This document shows, piece by piece, positions 35,135-46,100 of a stretch of 64,000 nt of DNA. Origin of the DNA: Klebsormidium nitens (taxonomy: Eukaryota; Plantae; Klebsormidiophyceae); contig DF237060.1 of NCBI GenBank assembly GCA_000708835.1, positions 1 to 64,000 on the forward strand, in the 5' to 3' direction. Position 1 is the stretch's first letter; each line of letters opens with the position of its first letter. Position numbers and translations under genes: made by a program. Under the pieces are notes generated by a model that ran no database searches, was not told the DNA's origin, and was given only the letters and a program-made list of their open reading frames with translations.

Positions 35135-36438
35135 GTTCATCTCTCTTGCAAGCTGTTGGTGAGCTCCTCCGCAGAGACTGTGGGTATCCGGATAGCAAAG
35201 CGTGATGCCAAGCATTTGCAATAGGTTTGATGCCCTTGAAACGTCTTTGTAAGACTGTCAAAGATCTCTAAGTACGAGAAGAATGAAGATCCATTCATTC
35301 AGAGCTCGTCAAGATCAGAGATTCAGAAATCAAATGATCCTGAGAGGTAATAGACGATCTCATTCTTTCGATTGACGGCTCTTTGGTTGATTCGAAAAGA
35401 AAAGTAAAGCGGAGCTGATACAAGATGCTGCCTATCAAACACTAGTAATTGTTTCAGGATCTTGCGGATCAAGCAGCATCGAAGGCGCAGAGATCAACTG
35501 CTTGGTCAGCTCAACGCAGCCAGAATAGAGCAGCGAAGCCATGGCGCAAGCGAATCTTGCCTGCAATAGCGCGCCACGTGGCAGCGCTCGCACCTGCTAA
35601 AACGCTTCCCAACGACGGGCTCGCGGCCGGCCGCGCACAGTGTCCAAGAACACACAACAGGGATCCAGAACCTGCCATCATAACGGTCTCCTGTCATCTT
35701 CCAGTTTTCGAAGTACTCGTTAGCAACCGGTATAACGACACCTTGCAATCTCTTCACAAAACCAGACCAGGGGTGCACTTCCGCGCTGTTGATCTTCTGG
35801 TTGTGGGGCCGGAATCCTTCAAGCGCGTTGTGGGCGCGGAGCTTCTCCGCTGTCGGCTCGAAGGCCAGCAAGCTGAACAGAACCAGGTTGCAGCGGAACG
35901 CCGGGGAATCGCCCCGCTGCGACGCTTTTGAGAACTCTCCGAGGGATGATTGTTTGTAAGGAGCTGCCAGCAATGTCAAGAGGCCCCGTTCAATCGCCCA
36001 GATCTGGCTATCCGTAAGCGAGACTGCCAGACTCGCCAGGTAGAGCCGGAGTTTTTGTGCAAGATCAGTCTCAATCGCGGCGAGAAAGGCGGGCCGAAGC
36101 AGGGCTTGGGAATCGCTGGAATAAGTCCGGCTGCGTTGGGAAGTCTCTAATGCTGTCCCGGGACGCCTTGGACGCGCGCGCAAAGTTGCCAGGCATCCTA
36201 GAGAGGCGACGGCGACCATCTTCGAGATCTCCAAGTCTTCGTGTCGCCCACTTCCCGGCAGGCGGCGTGCAGCCAGAACGGCCTGACGGTACAATCTGCA
36301 AAAGACAAAGTGGGCACCGCTCTCCCTCAAGCAGCCCTCAGAAAAGACTTTGCTCGAGCTGAGAACCGACAGGGCGTCGATGCTTCGGCGATAGAGATAG
36401 GATCCGGGACTCGCTAAGGTCCTATCCGAAATATCCAA
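35135..36438 (-). CDS. MYND-type zinc-finger protein (5' extent uncertain; further coding-like segments up to about 37400)
   Basis: 310-aa ORF ending in CSWTLC...FSRCERCHVARYC. A downstream segment GHQTYC could supply the last ligands, but the spacing is non-canonical. Confidence 0.55.
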
Positions 36439-37742
36439 ACCCTGCTTTCGGATCCGCCAACAAATAGGAGCCTCCTTGTTGCTTGTCTAACGAAGTTCCG
36501 CCTTTCCGAAATAGTTGAATAGTTCCAAGAAGCTGTCAAGTGCAGCGGGAGTCTGCTTCGCACATGAGAACCGAAAGTTGCTGTCAACATTGTTTTCTAA
36601 GTAGTTCAAGTACGGGCCGGGGCGGAAAGACTCGTTGCAAAGCTTGCCCATATTGCATCTTCTTCTGACGTTCGCTACTCATCGTTCCATCATCAGCTCG
36701 TGCGGCTGTCAATCACGCACCCGACAGAAGGATATCTGCAGGCCAAGATTGGGCAGGTGAAGTTCTCTTCCCGGCAGCACGTTACCGGCCGGGGCCGCGC
36801 CGGCGTCGGACGTGCATGCCAGGTGTCAACACATTTTCGACGCGGCTTTCCGCCTGGCTCCCTGAAGCGCCGGTACGAGGGCTGCCCTGACCCTCGTTAT
36901 AGGGCTTCTCGAAGGTGAAGACAGCCCTGACCGATAAGAAACACAGGAAGGTTTGGCCGCTACCCCGGTTTGATAACCAGACATTGGTGTACTTCCGTGA
37001 CCGATAACCGCGTTATAGCCATGCTAAAAACGCGGTTACTGCTCGATTCTGGTTATTGGACATTTAACCAGCTTCAAACCAGCCCGTGTCCGACTACGAT
37101 TAACCGCCAAAAATCCTCTGTGAATGTAACGAGGGCGTCCAATACAGGCCCGTCAACGGCCGCGAGGGCCTTGGCGTTCGCTTGCTTCAGGTCGACTCTC
37201 AATGATTCTCTCTTCGTCTTTTTCTCTCCACGAAGTGCTCGTGAGCGAAGTCTGCAGCCACGTGGCATTTTGCCCCGCGCTGCCTTGAATTCAGCGTGCC
37301 TTGGGCTAGCCTCGGCGCTAACCTCGGAGCCTGTCCTCGACGGCGCTGTTCTCGAAGGTCGAACGTGCGGCCAACCTGTCTAGGTTGGACGGCCTGCTCA
37401 CCGCTCCTACAATGCCGCCAAACGAGGCTGGTTGAATCCTTCGAAACGGCAAAGCCTGTTGGAGGGATTTTGCAGAACAGGAAACAGCTTCTGCTTTAAC
37501 CTTTAACGACGGAGTCGAGTGTGAGTCTGCGGTGCACACGGACTCGAAGATGCAGTAGACTCGGCTACGTAAGGCTCTTGGCAGACCGTTAGGCTCAGCG
37601 TTACTCAGGACTCGGGGTTGCTGAGACTTTGTTTACAGCATGCTTCCACAAACTCTTAGTCTCACTGTTTCACTTTCGCTCTGTCAAGCTCCGATCACGC
37701 TTCTCGAAGCGCACCGCAAAGCAACCATCTTTTGCTGTGACT

Positions 37743-40700
37743 ATGGCGCCGATCACAGGCCGTTCGGCCCCAACAGCCGGCCCTTTCGTCATCTTCTTCT
37801 TGATGGTGACGACGCTCGGTCTGGCGGCTGCTCAGCCGTACACGTATATCGTCCAGCCAGGCGTGGTAAGTAGATAAACACCGCTTTGCATCTGCTGTTC
37901 ATAAACATGTGGACGCGCACCCAAAAATGCTCTTGGATGTGTGAGAAGCGTTCTACTGCCCACGCTGAGCCAAGAGGAAAAGTGAAAGGTAGCTTTGCTC
38001 ACCTCGAATCCAAGGGGAAGCTATCGTGGGCTGCTGGCATCCTCTTACCTCAAGGAACTTGAATTGATCAACAACTCTCAATGCTGCAAGACGGGTTAGC
38101 TGGTTACGAGAGGATTTGTAATCGAGTTGTTGGCGCCTACTTGTGATCTGTCATCACTACAGCGAGGTCGCTTCTTGGACTAGGAGAGAACCGATCAGAA
38201 ACTATAGTACCTCCTCTTGTTCGAGATGTGAGATTCTTCAAAAGCAGCCACTGATTCATATTTCATCGGTTTTAGATTGCATTTCGTCTGAAGTTGACGC
38301 GAGAAACTGAAGTCCCTCGATGACCTTTCCTTTCAAAGCTGGTCGAGACGTTGTGACTATCGAAGGTCAGAACTAAAATCGCCACTTGCCAGAAAATAAT
38401 GAATCGGCATTGGCTTGCTTTTTCCCAACTTCACTAAGTCATACAAAAACCCGAGCGTCCTTCGCCAGACTTGTTCCAAGGCCTCTTTCGAGACCTTCTT
38501 CGGCCAAAGATGGAAGGCCTTCAAGCACAGGGAGGATTGGCAGTCTCCCCCCCCTTCTCCCCCCCCTCTCTCCCCCCCGGGAAGGGAGACTATATTCTCC
38601 TCCGNNNNNNNNNNNNNNNNNNNNNNNNNNNNNNNNNNNNNNNNNNNNNNNNNNNNNNNNNNNNNNNNNNNNACATCGGTGAAGTCCTCAGCAAGGCTGC
38701 TTCCTTGATTCAAACGGATCAGAACAACCAAAGGTGCTTCAATATAGTTCCTGAAGAACCTCTGAAGATGAAGAACGGGCTTACGGAAGCGTAACGCGCT
38801 CTGCAATTCAGGAAACCTCGAAAATGGTTTCTGTGATAACGGTATATATGTTTTAAGCTGCCCCTCAGGAGTGCACACATATGAGATAGCACAGGTGGTT
38901 AAGGAGGCAGACCTAATGGCAGAAGGACGCCGGTTCGAGCCCGGCAGGTGACAAAACGTCAGATTTTTGCAGGAAACCATTCTTTTTTCCCGTTTGAGCA
39001 CTCAGAACCGTTCATGTTGACCTCAGCAAACATACCCCGGTCCGTGTATTTACAATCTCCAAGCACTTCTGAAGGAGCGAAGATTTTTGGAGTAGGGGAG
39101 AATCATGGGGGGAGAATTCTCCTCCACCGGGGGAGAGGGGGTGGATAGTGACGGTTCTCCTCCCCCCGGGGAGAAGTGGGGGAGACAGGTGGGGAGACAT
39201 GTCTCCCCCGGTTCTCCCCCTCTCTTCCCCCCCGGGAGGAGACGACCAATCCTCCCTGTGGTGCCTGAATTCGGAGCTGCATAAGACGTTGTACTCGACG
39301 TGCTATCTCGTTGTCAGAGCCTCAATTACGTTACAAGAGAACGGGTCGTCTAGCCTGGTCTCTCGTAATTAAATTGTACCGTGTAAAAGCTTCAAACGCA
39401 ACGAAGCTTGGATCAGCAGTGTTGGCCCATCCGCATTCAACCGGCCGGCCTATGACGCGACCAGAGTTACCCTTGGTACGTGTCACCAGATCCCTCTGTT
39501 GCTCCCTGAACACACCTGGCGCAAACGTCGTCTCTGCTCTGTACTGCGCAGGACTACCCTGGCTTCGACTTTTTGCCGTTTGCCGGTCCCACCTTTAACC
39601 CGGCTGTTTGCGGGAACAATGCTTACTACGTAAGCGAGGGACTCTGCCAACTTCTCTGCAACGCGGCGGATGCTTGTGTTGGTCACGTGCATTACGCTGC
39701 TTTCAACTGCTGCTACCTCAAAAGCGCTCTTGCGAACGCGACCTCCCTTGCCACCGTCGTCTCGCACGTCAAAACGGGTAAGTTTCACTTTCGAATATAA
39801 GAAGCTTGTCGACGTATAATTGATTGTTTGCCCTTGTGATGCATCCCTTGATCACTACGGCGTTGAATTCAGGCGGCACTTCGGATGCTGACGTCAGGTT
39901 GACGTCTTTTTCAACGAATCATGCAAAGGCGGTAGTGCTGTCGCCTTGACTTCTAAGCATTATCCCTGCTAATGAACTGCGCTTACACGCAAGAAGTCCG
40001 TCTGACATGAGCTCCGCTTTTTGAGGATTTTTCAATCTCATTCTGTCATGCAGGCTACCTTACGTACTCGATCGAAAATAACATGGTAAGTCACAGCCAA
40101 ATGACTCTGTGCTTGTCCATTTCGCTCTCTCCATTGGTTCTATTCAGTGGTGTACACGTAAGAAGCTGGTCAAAGAATTGCCTAGCCCATAAGCTTCGTG
40201 GAAACACCCGATTCCTTTGCGTCGAAGATCGATCACGAAGTCATGCTCTTGAGGCCGTGTACACGATCGAGTCGGCATCGATTAACACATTGAAGGTTGC
40301 CTGGCGTGGATGCAGGATTACGAAGGCATACCAATAGTCGTGCCCGGAGCTCCAACTTCGAGCGCTTGTGCTTTACCCGACGTCGGCACTAACTTCAACT
40401 TGCAACCGGCAACGTTGGCGGCGGCAATATTGGCGGGGGCCATATTCAACGAAAATCTTTACGCGTGCGTGGCTCCCTGCGACAACACTCCGGGATGTAT
40501 CGCAGTCTCGTACTACGCTGGACCGAACTGCTGCCTCCTGCAAAGCGCGGTTGGTCGCGCGGGTGCTAAGCTCGGGGCTGCTTTCTACTCTAAGAGGACT
40601 CGTGAGTCTCTTTAGACAGTGCCCAGTAAACTTCCGGGTCGACCAGCAGAGTCTCTCCCGTCTTCCAACTTCTTGCATATGCTTCTTGTTGGATTGCTTT

Positions 40701-41830
40701 TCCATGACGGGCTTCGCGGGCAAGGAAGAGTCTTGCTCAAGCTGCTTGACTCAGAGATCAGTTCGATCCAGGCTGCTAACCAGGCTGATTACCAACCTTG
40801 AGCGCCGCAGCTTGTGAGATTCGCTGCAACGCGTTGGATGCGTGTGTTGGTTTCGTCCACAACCCCACTGTCAACTGCTGCTTTCTGAAATACGCGCTCG
40901 GGACTTCATCCCCAAACGGCGCCACCAGCTCGCTCCTCAAAACGGGTAAGCTCTAGATTCGCGAAAGGTTTGAAATCGAAAGGATGAAACGATCCGGTTG
41001 AGCATGCGGGACGGATCGGATCCAATCGTTTCAGGGCTTGCAAACTCGGAACTAACGTTTGGATTTAAAGTTGCTCTTATGATGAATCCACCAGCTAGTG
41101 CGGTGTTGAAATGCAAAGGATGCCGGATATCAACGTGTTTATGGTATGTAGTTCTGGGCATGAGTGCTGAGGTAACAAATCTCCGTTGGAACTCGGATAG
41201 TACACGCCTCGATTGTTAAGCGCTACTAGCATCCTTGATTGAGTGTGTATGCATCCTCATGATGGTCTTTCCGGCAAAGTTGATATCTGAGGTTTGCCAA
41301 TACCCATCCCTTGTTTTGGTCCGGGCTGGTTTTGTATCTCAGTTTCGTCATTTCAACCTTCATGCAGGCTATCTTGGGTATCACTTCGAAGGTAATACGG
41401 TGAGTCACCAACTGGTTCAGCCTGCACTGATTGTTTGCGGCCTTCTGGGGTGCACGATCGATAATGCAGAGCGACTTTCCAAATGATTGCACCCACCGTC
41501 TTGAGCTCGCCCGATGAACACGTACAGAGCTTGGGCTTGCAGGAGTATCTCGGCGTTGCAATCCCTGTCCCAGCGGGAGTCGCCACATCGAATGTTGGCG
41601 TGTATCCCGGGAACACTGGCATCCTTACTGTTGCCCAAACACCGGCGATAATCGAGAATGCTGTCGCGTGCATGGCTCGTTGCAACAGCACTCCCGGGTG
41701 CATCGCAGTTTCCCACCACGCGGACAACAACTATTGCTTCCTGAAGAGCACAGTTTCGCCGCTCTACCCGCCCCAGTTGCGTATCCGGAACGCAAACTTC
41801 TACTCCAAGAGCACACATGAGTTTCGTTGA
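37743..41830 (+). CDS. Secreted PAN/Apple-domain repeat protein; exons 37743-37865, 39552-39777, 40054-40085, 40316-40601, 40811-40945, 41368-41399, 41543-41830
   Basis: Signal peptide (FVIFFLMVTTLGLAAAQ), then four repeats of (D/E)Y-x-G ... C-x3-C-(N/D)-x4-C-x-(G/A) ... C-(Y/F/L)-L-(K/Q). Splice phases are compatible. Confidence 0.75.
38605..38672. other. Assembly gap (68 N)
   Basis: Run of N in the sequence. Confidence 1.
38880..38953 (+). pseudogene. tRNA-derived (SINE-head-like) sequence
   Basis: A-box-like tagcacaggtgg, B-box ggttcgagccc and T-stem gccgg/ccggc. The acceptor and anticodon stems do not pair, so it is not a functional tRNA. Confidence 0.6.
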
Positions 41831-43197
41831 GACTGTGCTAGATCACTCAGATGCATTTTCGGCGATTGGCTGATTCTGGAGCCATGCAACTGCTGCTTCC
41901 AATTGCTAACCTCACACCTCTTCGTTATTGTAGACTCAACTCTTGAATTTCTTCCCGCATAATCGTCCGTGTGCTTCCTGTAGGACTGCTGCCTATCGAA
42001 AGAAAATTCGGGCCTCGGTCCAAACCGTCGAAGCGATGAACTTGACTCAAGAAAGATTTACCAATGCAAGAGGCGGGGCCTACTCAAATGTCTATGTCTC
42101 AAATGTTCAATCTCATTCCTACTTGGAATCCGCCGTGCGTATTGCCGCCTGACATAACGGTAGTCGTTTATTGAAAAGAAGAAGGTGGTTAAGAAACCCG
42201 GCAATCTCACATGCTGGATCCAATATAGAAACGGTCGGATCATGAGCTACTAGGGCCGTCGCTAATGCATGCACGTTCGCTTTTCTGGTAACATCCACGG
42301 AAATGGTTCTCACGGAAATGAGATTTGGCAAACCGTCCCTAGATTTTAGATTCCCTAACCTTCATGTGATTCAGCTTGGCCTCTTGCATGCAAACAACGC
42401 CAAGAGGACAAGCTCGAGTAATTATGGACATGCATGCTTACCTTCGCACAGATGTCTCTATGGGCGTGATCCTACTTCGAGAGCGCTCTTGAGGAATCAC
42501 CGTAAAGTGGCAACACGGACAAATTATATTTTCGCAAGCCCATGCAGCCTTGTCACTTGGAAGCGGTGTGCCGCAATCTAATGAGCATGCATGCAATGTT
42601 GCACGGGCACGGACAATGGCTACTTCCAGTAATAGCGGAAATCGTATCCTTGAGACGCCGCGCATGCGCATTGCAATCCATACTCGAATGATCGATCCAT
42701 ATTGCGATTATTGAAGCGGTTATAAAGTGATCACTGCCTAGCATCCTTAGTGAAATCGATTTAGTGTGGTGCGTCTACAAGTCAGAAGGGGTTGAATTGC
42801 GTCAAAAAAATTCTGAATCCTTCTAAACGTATCTTCGATTGTACCAATGATGGTCAGTTTGACCAGAAAGGTCCGACATTGAGAGCGAATGTCATTAAGC
42901 CAACGCCCTAGTAACCATTACCTCGACCTCGACCTCGAGAATGCATTTGCGAGATGTGGTTGGAGCTACCTCTGAATTGCGCAATGGCGCCAACTACAAC
43001 TTTACATCGGATGCGAGCAATCTACGACAAGATTCTCAATTTGCGGAAGAGAAACCTGCGTTGCCATCCTAAACGTCTATTTACGAGCCGTCCCATCCCT
43101 CCATGATGTTAACCTGCACGGAGCGGCCCGTGTACTAAGCGTGCAAAAACATGTCATCAGCAGTCTTGACGATACCCTTAACAGCCAGCGCTCTCTG

Positions 43198-46100
43198 TCA
43201 GTCTGGCATCCGTTTGGAATTGGAATTTACATCCTCCGATAAACACCGTTGTGACCAGATTTCAGCAGCAAAGCTCCAAATGAGATCATCAAGGGCTGCA
43301 CTAAACACGCCTTTCAAAGGAATAGCCAACGCACGCTGAGAGCCAACCATTGAAGTTGGTGAAAAGCTTGCAAACTGCGCACGATGCCATCCACCGTATG
43401 CTTTACTGCCACTGCTAACGACAGCCATCAAAAACCTTCGCGTTTGGTGTAAACCAGACGTAAAAGCCCAACTGTTAACAAAATGCGCCTCTTAGCATTC
43501 GGTTGCAGCGCACTGAACTATCGAGTAACTTACCATCGCTCGTGGGAGGAGCTCCCGCAGAGGGTCTTTGCTCCGCTTAGCTTGGAGCAACAGGATTCCG
43601 TCCTCAACGGCCGTCTTCGCTTGCTGCCACGGAGAGACGGAACAGCGGAGTCAGTGACATCAGCAAGAAAATTTCCTGCAAAAGCAGCGGCAGACACAAT
43701 GCAGAGTTTGCAATCTATACCCTATGTTCCGCTTCCGCCCCAACAGCTCTTCCGTTCCGGCGGTCACGTGTAACAAGACGCCTCGATAAACGGACCTTAT
43801 ACCTCTTGAGACAGACAGTATTCAGGAAGGAACAGACAGTCACATACAAAGGCGAGCACCAGGCTCCTGCTCCGGCAAGGTTTGCTCTTCCCTTCTGCTG
43901 ACATGAGCACCAGTGAAACTGCTGCAAGTTTTGCTCAACCTGGTCACCTGTTTGAATCTGGTGAAGAGTTTTCAAGCCGATCAATTGTCGATTGCAATCA
44001 TCGAACGGCACAGAAACTGTTCCGCAACCCGGCGCGAGCGAAGTCTGGTATTCACACCTTGTACAGCCGCGCGCACTCTTCTTTGTCCTTCAGGTCTTTT
44101 CTGGTGTAGTGGCTGGTATAGATGGGCTCCCCGAAGTTGAAGTAGAGCCGTTCCGGCCGCGGAAGGAGGTTTCCGCCCGTGGCGAGCGACGGAATGACGT
44201 CCTCCGTGAAGCCGGTCGCCTTCAGAGCGGGGCGGATCAGGTCGCCCAGCGGAGACGCCATGATCTCGCTGCATGCAGACATGGAAGGGTCAGACAGGGG
44301 CCACTTTGCGCTTCTCTTCGTTCTCGTTGTGTCCACTTTAGATGTCGCTCGGCAGTTTTTTTGAGTATCACTTGTACCTTGTTAAGTGCAGGAGGGTCTT
44401 ACTTTTTGTCAAAAGGATTTGTACTCCATGCTGAGAGGAGAGAGATGCGACGAGCACAGACCAGTTGCGCTAGCGAATCGCTGCGCTTACGAAACGGACT
44501 GCCCTTCTGTTCGAACCTTCCTCTGACCGTAGATCCAATCAGCCTTGAAAGACTGGCCCGCTCTGTCCATTCAAAACAAAGTCTATAAGGAGAACCCGGG
44601 AAACAGCAAGACAGAAGAACGCAAATCGATCCAGGCCAGACGTTTCAAACACGACCCGTATCAGCGAAGTCTGTGAGCAGCGAGGAGACGCACTAGCTCG
44701 CCCGCATCCACAAAACACACCCGTCACGAGAAGGAGCAACCTGACCTGTCGTTATTGACCTTTGCAGATGAGTATGCGCGCTCTCATAAAACGCAAAACA
44801 CGTGTTGAGGTTGATTTCTTGCATGGGCTTCCAGTGTTTTTGCAAAGTGGCATCTTCAGCCAGACAATTGTCATAGAAAGCGCACTCACTCGGGCCCCAT
44901 CGGGATAACAAACGCGTCCTCCACCCCGACCGTCGCAAAGAAAGGGAAAGTCTGGTGAAAATTTTCCACGAATTTTCCAACATTTCGCTTTTTATTTTAA
45001 TTTATATATTTCCCTTGAAAAGCAGGTGCATCCCGTCGCCCATTGATTGTCAAAACAGAAACTTGCAGGAGTCAAGCAGAAGCACTCACTCGGGCCCCAT
45101 CAGGATGTCGAACGCGTCCTCCACCCCGACCGTCGCAAACGGCACGATGGTCGCCTTGCACTTCATCGCGAGCCGCACGAAGTCGGTGTCGTCCTTCCAC
45201 AGCAGCTTGTACTTCTCGCCCTTCCGCTTGGCGACCTCGCGGCCTCCCCCAGGGTACAGCAGCACCGGCTCGCCGGCCTTGAGCAGGTTGAAACAGTTCC
45301 GGGGGGTGGCCTGCGCACAGGTTTAGGCAGTCAGCAGACCTTATAAGGACCCCCCGGAAGAAGGACCCTCAAGGTGCTAGGCACGCTTTTACATAGGGTT
45401 TTCAAAAGTTTTCAAAAAGTGGGGTGGGCCGACTTTCAGCAGATTAGTATGCTTCCGGGGGGCGGCCTGCAAAAGAATGGTGACGGTTAGCAAGCCCTGG
45501 AGTCCCCCCCCTTCGAAAAAAGCCTTGCAGAACATGCAAAGGGACGACTTTCTGAGCGTGGAGGAGTAGCGTTGAGCAGGTTGATATACAAGCGGGGGGT
45601 TGCCGGCGCGAAGAACCAAAGGGTCAGCAAGCTTTCCAGTCTTCCCCCGGATGATGTTTTTGGCAAGAAATTGCGGGGAAACTAGAGTAAGGGTGCCGCG
45701 TTGGGCAGGTTGAAAGACTTCCGGGGAGTTGCCTGCGCAAAGAACCAGGCGGTTAGAAAGCCATCAAAGTTGCCCCCCAAAAGGACACGGCGGACGGCAC
45801 GCATCCAGGATTTTCCACTATATCCTTGCAGAAAAGTGTATTTCATCGGCTTTTAGGCGTCGGGGAGGGGGCCTCGAGAAAATTGAACAAGTTGCGGGGG
45901 GTGGCCTGGAGAACCAGACAGCTCCGCTCCAAAGATACTGCGGGTTGCGCGACAGATTTCTCTAATCTTTAGCAGGAGTAAGAGGTTGCGGAGAGCCGTA
46001 AAGTATATCAGGTTTTTTGGGTCTTCGGGGTCTACCACAATCAGTGGGAAGCATGTTCCAAAGTCTTGAGCACTGCGGGGCCAGGTCTACGAAGATGGTA

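Larger units (their letters stand above)
38520..39269. mobile_element. Foldback/TIR-bounded non-autonomous element in intron 1 of the PAN gene
   Basis: About 30-bp imperfect inverted repeats (ttcaagcacagggaggattggcagtctccc versus 39234-39269), C-rich boxes at both ends and an internal perfect hairpin ggggagacatgtctcccc. It spans the assembly gap. Confidence 0.45.

Noticed and set aside
37830-37865. LysM domain start (YTYIVQPG)
   Set aside because: No LysM continuation was found. The exon splices in phase to DYPGFD, forming the start of a PAN/Apple repeat like the other units.
38880-38953. Functional tRNA gene
   Set aside because: The acceptor and anticodon stems do not base-pair; only the promoter boxes and T-arm remain.
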